From NCBI GenBank assembly GCA_036351155.1, contig JAZBOO010000357.1:1-10420 (forward strand): a stretch of 10,420 bases of DNA, read 5' to 3'. The stretch comes from Candidatus Krumholzibacteriia bacterium. GTDB taxonomy: Bacteria; Krumholzibacteriota; Krumholzibacteriia; LZORAL124-64-63. The translations under genes were made by a program, and so were the position numbers. The notes beneath the pieces were generated by a model. That model saw only the letters and a program-made list of their open reading frames with translations. It was not told the origin of the DNA and did no database searches. This document shows positions 6,944 to 10,420 of this stretch, one piece after another (within the stretch, counting starts at the first letter, position 1; each line of letters opens with the position of its first letter).

Positions 6944-8397
6944 TCCTCCGGGGTGTAGACCTTGATGGACATGGCGCCGCCGGCCTCGGCGTCACGGTAG
7001 CCCAGGAAGATCCGGCCATCGTCGGCAGCTTCCAGCTGGGGAAACTGCGATCCCACGGCCCCGGCGGCCGGAACATTGGCGAGGGGAGCCCACGTGTCCC
7101 CTGGCCGGGCCAGTACACGGATCCCGGCGGGGGATTCCAGGGACACGTAGGCAATCACCGGCACATCGTCCACCAGAACGATGTCCATGGTTTCCAGGGT
7201 GCTCGAGACGCCCACCGAGTTGTCCAGTGCGGCCGTGTCGACCACGATCCAATCATCCCCATCGAAATAACGGACATGCACGTCCCCACCCTGGCGGTAG
7301 ACCACCCACGGTTGTCCCTGAGAGTCGGCAGCCATGGCGAAGGAGTTGACCGAGTTGTAGGGGTGCATGGGGCTGGCCCCCACCGCCGCCCAGCCCCCAC
7401 CGGCGGTGTACTGCACCACGTGGCCGTATTGCATGTTGTTGGCGTACATCATGGTGAACTGCCCGTCGATGACCATGGTGGCCAGGTTGTTGTCCGTGGT
7501 GGTCTGCAGGTCGGGATATTCCTGCCACAGGGCGCCATCCCAGTGACGGACGCCCAGCTGGGATGAGTCCTCCGGACGGTAGCGGAACGCCAGCACCGGA
7601 TGCCCGTCCTGGTCAAATGTCAATTCGGGCTGGTAGGTGGTGTGGTCGCTGGTCATCTGTTCCGGGGTGGTCCAGGTATCGGCGTCGTGACGGTAAACCA
7701 GGCAGTTGTCATTGTTGCTGGTGACGGCCATCCAGATCTGGCCCGAAGGGTCGCAGGACATGTCGAAAATATTGCGCACGCTCTGCATCAGAACGGTGCT
7801 GCCCCCCAGGGCTTCGAATGCGCCTCCGTTCCAGCGTGCCACCTGGTGGGTGGGCTGGTTCACCGGGGGGTCGGCCAGGGAAAAGGCTCCCGCGGGATAG
7901 CCCCCGGGCTGGAGGGCCATCTGACAGTAGGCCACTTCCGCGCCGGCCGAGACCGCGCCAGCTGATCCGCCCAGGTAGGCCCAGTCGCCCAGCAGAGGAT
8001 TCCATCCTTCGGGGTCGGGCTCTTCCTCTTCCCACCGGGCGTACAGCTGCACATCGGCACCGCCCATGAGGAAGGTGGATCCCGACGCATGAGAGGTTCC
8101 GCTGCCGCTGGCGGCGGTGTTCCAGCCATCAAACACATGGCCGGTGAGGGTCAGGTTCCCGGGTTCCGCCACGGTCACCTGGTCACCGGTTTCGTATTCC
8201 GTGATGTCGGTGGGTACCTGACCGGCGTCGGCGCCGTTGCCGTCGTAGCGCACGCGGTAGGTGACAGGGTCATTGTTCTGGCCCGGGGGCGAAGTGGGCG
8301 AAGAATCGTCGCCGGAGCAGGCGGCCAGTGTGGAAATGATCAGCAAGATCAGGATCAAGGTGGTGATCTTCACGGAATGCTCGAGGAAGCTCTTCAT
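6940..8397 (-). CDS. Lipoprotein with InlB B-repeat (Listeria-Bacteroides repeat) domain and probable beta-propeller (485 aa)
   Basis: ATG 8397 with GGAG 6 nt upstream. Lipobox LAA|C followed by Ser/Pro linker. B-repeat YRVRYDGNGA...GHVFDGWNTAASGSGT...DVQLYARW. Recurrent blade-like motifs (ARWNGGAF, YRHDADTW, RHWDGALW, RYFDGDDW; FDQDGHPVLAF, ADSQGQPWVVY). Confidence 0.85.
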   Translation of the reverse strand: MKSFLEHSVKITTLILILLIISTLAACSGDDSSPTSPPGQNNDPVTYRVRYDGNGADAGQVPTDITEYETGDQVTVAEPGNLTLTGHVFDGWNTAASGSGTSHASGSTFLMGGADVQLYARWEEEEPDPEGWNPLLGDWAYLGGSAGAVSAGAEVAYCQMALQPGGYPAGAFSLADPPVNQPTHQVARWNGGAFEALGGSTVLMQSVRNIFDMSCDPSGQIWMAVTSNNDNCLVYRHDADTWTTPEQMTSDHTTYQPELTFDQDGHPVLAFRYRPEDSSQLGVRHWDGALWQEYPDLQTTTDNNLATMVIDGQFTMMYANNMQYGHVVQYTAGGGWAAVGASPMHPYNSVNSFAMAADSQGQPWVVYRQGGDVHVRYFDGDDWIVVDTAALDNSVGVSSTLETMDIVLVDDVPVIAYVSLESPAGIRVLARPGDTWAPLANVPAAGAVGSQFPQLEAADDGRIFLGYRDAEAGGAMSIKVYTPED

Positions 8398-8447
8398 GTT
8401 TTGCTCCAGGCTTTGCCGGTGGCTGGTTGGGAGAATCTTCACCGGGT

Positions 8448-8478
8448 AAACACGGAGCGGGGGGCGGAGAGAGTTGCA
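8448..8478 (-). promoter_or_regulatory. Putative ECF-sigma promoter upstream of the B-repeat lipoprotein gene
   Basis: Minus strand TGCAACT-ctctccgccccccgc-TCCGTGTTT begins at the first base after the sigma stop codon. Boxes and spacer length are identical to 3449-3479. Confidence 0.75.
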
Positions 8479-9015
8479 CTATTCTGGAGTTTTTTTGAGC
8501 TCATGCCTCAGCAATACCCGGGCGGTGTGCAAGCGGGAGCGCACCGTGGAAACTGGCAAGCCGGTGACCATGGCCATTTCCGCATAGGAGAACTCGAGGA
8601 AGTGCCGCAGGATCAACAGCACCCGGTACTTGTAGGCCAGGGCGGCCAGTCCCAGGCGAACCAGAGCGGCGCTTTCCTGGGCCTCGAGCTGGGCGTCGGG
8701 CGCCGGATCGGGGCACCTGATGTCCTGATCCGCCAAGGGCCTGGTGAACCTGTTGCGGTGGATCTGATTCAGCGCCCGGTTGAGGGCAATCCGGTACAAC
8801 CAGCTGAAGAAGCGGTGGTTGGGATTGAACTGGTGGATATTCTCGTAGGTGGCAATGAACGCATCCTGGGTGACGTCGGCGGCGGCATCGGCGTCACCAA
8901 GGAACTGGAAGACGGAACGTTTCAGAGAGGGTTCGTATTCCCGGACAAGCTGGGCAAATGCTCCCGGGCATCCCTCCTGGACCTGGTGGACCAGGTCCTG
9001 ATCCCAAGTGGTCAC
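8479..9015 (-). CDS. ECF RNA polymerase sigma factor, RpoE/SigW-like (178 aa)
   Basis: AFAQLVREY, DAAADVTQDAF, FFSWLYRIALNRALN (region 2) and FSYAEMAMVTGLPVSTVRSRLHTARVLL (region 4). GTG start with weak RBS. Confidence 0.93.
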   Translation of the reverse strand: MTTWDQDLVHQVQEGCPGAFAQLVREYEPSLKRSVFQFLGDADAAADVTQDAFIATYENIHQFNPNHRFFSWLYRIALNRALNQIHRNRFTRPLADQDIRCPDPAPDAQLEAQESAALVRLGLAALAYKYRVLLILRHFLEFSYAEMAMVTGLPVSTVRSRLHTARVLLRHELKKTPE

Positions 9016-9066
9016 GACCCACCAACCTTCGCCTCCCCCAGGCAGAAAAACAGGTTAAACAAGGGA

Positions 9067-9104
9067 GCCGGGACCCGCCATTTGCCCGATGGGCGCGTCC
9101 CGGC
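9067..9104 (-). terminator. GC-rich hairpin, possible terminator or attenuator after the FlgD-tailed gene
   Basis: GCCGGGAC (9067-9074) pairs with GTCCCGGC (9097-9104), with further imperfect inner pairing. Followed on the minus strand by a T-rich run (CTTGTTTAACCTGTTTTT). Lies about 20 nt past the stop at 9124. Confidence 0.5.
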
Positions 9105-9123
9105 CCGTGCTTTCGAAACCTCC

Positions 9124-10065
9124 TCAACGCACCAGGGTTATCCGGTTGGTGGACACCGTTTGCCCGGCCTTCACCCGGAACAGGTAGGTACCCGAGGCCA
9201 CCTGACGGCCTTGCTCGTCGGTGCCCTGCCAGCGCAGGTTGACCGGTCCGGCGGCCATGAACTCACCCTGGGCCAGACGCTTGACCAGGCGACCGGAGAT
9301 GTCGAACACTTCCACATCCACGGCAGCCGCCGACTTCAGTTCGAAGTTGATGCTGGTCATGGGGTTGGCCGGGTTGGGTACTCCGGTGAGTCCACCCAGG
9401 AGTCCGGCCTCAGGATCGGTGAAGTGGGGGTCGATGCCGTCGCCATCGTGGTTGTTCACGAACGCCTTCACCAGCTGGTAAACCGGGCTGTCCTGCAATG
9501 AGCACGAGACGATGCCGCAGTGCTGGTTGTACCAGAAATTGCAGTTCTCCACCCGGCCATCGGGATAGATCTCCGACAGGAAAACGCGGAAGCACTCGAA
9601 CGCCCCGGCCGGGCAGGTGATCCGCGCCTCTTCCAGAACGGCGAACACGAAGTGGATCTGGGTGTCCACGTCCCCCGGGTTGGCCGGGACAGGCCGGCTT
9701 TCCTTCCAGGTCTGGCCCACGGTCAGGGGGGCATCGACCCAGAGAATGGGATCCTCGTAAAGCTGTTCGGGCAGTTTTCCGTGGTAGAAGACATCGCCCG
9801 CACTGTTGCGACTGAAGATGCGATCCTCGGCCGAGAGGACCTGTTGCCCCTGCAGGATTTCCCGGTGCATCTTGACCAGGCCATTCTGGTACGGGGAAAT
9901 CACGGTGTGCATGCGCTGGGGGGCGGTGTCGCTCCAGCTCACGGTGTTGAACCATTTCTCGGTGTGCACGGTCAGGTTGACGTAGCTGGAGGCCTGGGCA
10001 GCGCTTGCGGAAAGCAGAAGAATGCCCAGGATGCAGCACGACAGGATAATGCTCACGGTTTTCAT
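9124..10065 (-). CDS. Secreted protein with DUF3108/TapB-like beta-rich N-domain and C-terminal FlgD Ig-like / T9SS-type domain (313 aa)
   Basis: ATG 10065 with AGGAGGG RBS. Signal peptide ending SAAQA|S. EEARITCPAGAFECFRV resembles the E..tvPAGtF.c motif. Tail PNPANPMTSINFEL...FDISGRLVKRL...WQGTDEQGRQVASGTYL...ITLVR. Confidence 0.85.
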   Translation of the reverse strand: MKTVSIILSCCILGILLLSASAAQASSYVNLTVHTEKWFNTVSWSDTAPQRMHTVISPYQNGLVKMHREILQGQQVLSAEDRIFSRNSAGDVFYHGKLPEQLYEDPILWVDAPLTVGQTWKESRPVPANPGDVDTQIHFVFAVLEEARITCPAGAFECFRVFLSEIYPDGRVENCNFWYNQHCGIVSCSLQDSPVYQLVKAFVNNHDGDGIDPHFTDPEAGLLGGLTGVPNPANPMTSINFELKSAAAVDVEVFDISGRLVKRLAQGEFMAAGPVNLRWQGTDEQGRQVASGTYLFRVKAGQTVSTNRITLVR

Positions 10066-10222
10066 AATGTTCCCTCCTGAAAAGGCCATGACATTCCGGC
10101 GCGTCCAGTGCCGGGGAACAGCTTTCCAAGAAGAGAATCAAACAATGTGAGCCGCGTCTGGGCATCGCCGCTTGAACACCCAGTACAATCGAGGGGGCAG
10201 ATCGTTCGGATATTTCTGCAGG

Positions 10223-10420
10223 TCAGGAGATGATCCTGGTCACGGCTCCCCCTCGAGGGAACATGGCCTGCCGCTTCACCCACAGCATGAGCCCGGCCAT
10301 GCCCAGCAGGAGGTAGGTGTCGTAGGGCTGGGCATCGGGCCAGATGGGGTTCATCATCTGGAAGTGGTAGACCACGGCGATGAGAAGGCTGCCACGCGCT
10401 GCATTGAAGAGGGGTGTAAG
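10223..10420 (-). CDS. 3' end of a probable CPBP (Abi/Rce1-like CAAX) intramembrane metalloprotease; 5'-partial
   Basis: Not in the ORF track. Manual translation from the window edge gives LTPLFNAARGSLLIAVVYHFQMMNPIWPDAQPYDTYLLLGMAGLMLWVKRQAMFPRGGAVTRIIS*. FN..RGSLLIAVVYH...N resembles the last conserved CPBP motif, and a TM segment follows. Confidence 0.65.
   Translation of the reverse strand, partial: LTPLFNAARGSLLIAVVYHFQMMNPIWPDAQPYDTYLLLGMAGLMLWVKRQAMFPRGGAVTRIIS

Noticed and set aside
9057..9086. Degenerate motif copy GGCAAAT-N14-CCCTTGTTT upstream of the second sigma
   Set aside because: Breaks both the AAC and CGT cores, has a spacer one base shorter, and overlaps a hairpin; not supportable without a genome-wide model.
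8089..9501. 470-aa plus-strand ORF
   Set aside because: Antisense to three motif-supported minus-strand genes and has no domain signature.
10062..10283. 73-aa minus-strand ORF and overlapping 251-aa ORF 9410-10165
   Set aside because: Out-of-frame overlaps with better-supported genes; no motifs.
1..10420. CRISPR array, cas genes, tRNA/rRNA, transposase or integrase
   Set aside because: Looked for because CHAT plus sigma recalls type III-E CRISPR, but no repeat-spacer array, cas motifs, structured RNA genes or mobile-element signatures were seen by eye.

Overview
GC-rich bacterial window with nine supportable genes, dominated by cell-envelope and ECF signalling functions. The FlgD-Ig/T9SS-like C-terminal domains suggest an FCB-related lineage such as Krumholzibacteriota/Latescibacterota (inference). 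In order: a 5'-truncated Pmp-repeat beta-helix protein with FlgD-Ig tail (+), a bidirectional terminator, an LppM-like lipoprotein (-), a zf-HC2 transmembrane anti-sigma factor with a DUF4384-like extracytoplasmic domain (-), and a divergent ECF sigma factor (-). These are followed by a divergently transcribed TPR-CHAT caspase-like protease with signal peptide and C-terminal membrane anchor (+), an InlB-B-repeat/beta-propeller lipoprotein (-), a second ECF sigma with no adjacent anti-sigma (-), a secreted FlgD-Ig-tailed protein (-), and the 3' end of a probable CPBP intramembrane protease (-) missed by the ORF track. The main candidate system is an extracytoplasmic CHAT protease / anti-sigma / ECF sigma proteolytic signalling module. 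A bipartite ECF-type promoter motif (TGCAACT-N15-TCCGTGTTT) occurs identically just downstream of both sigma genes. All family assignments come from motif recognition by eye, not database searches.
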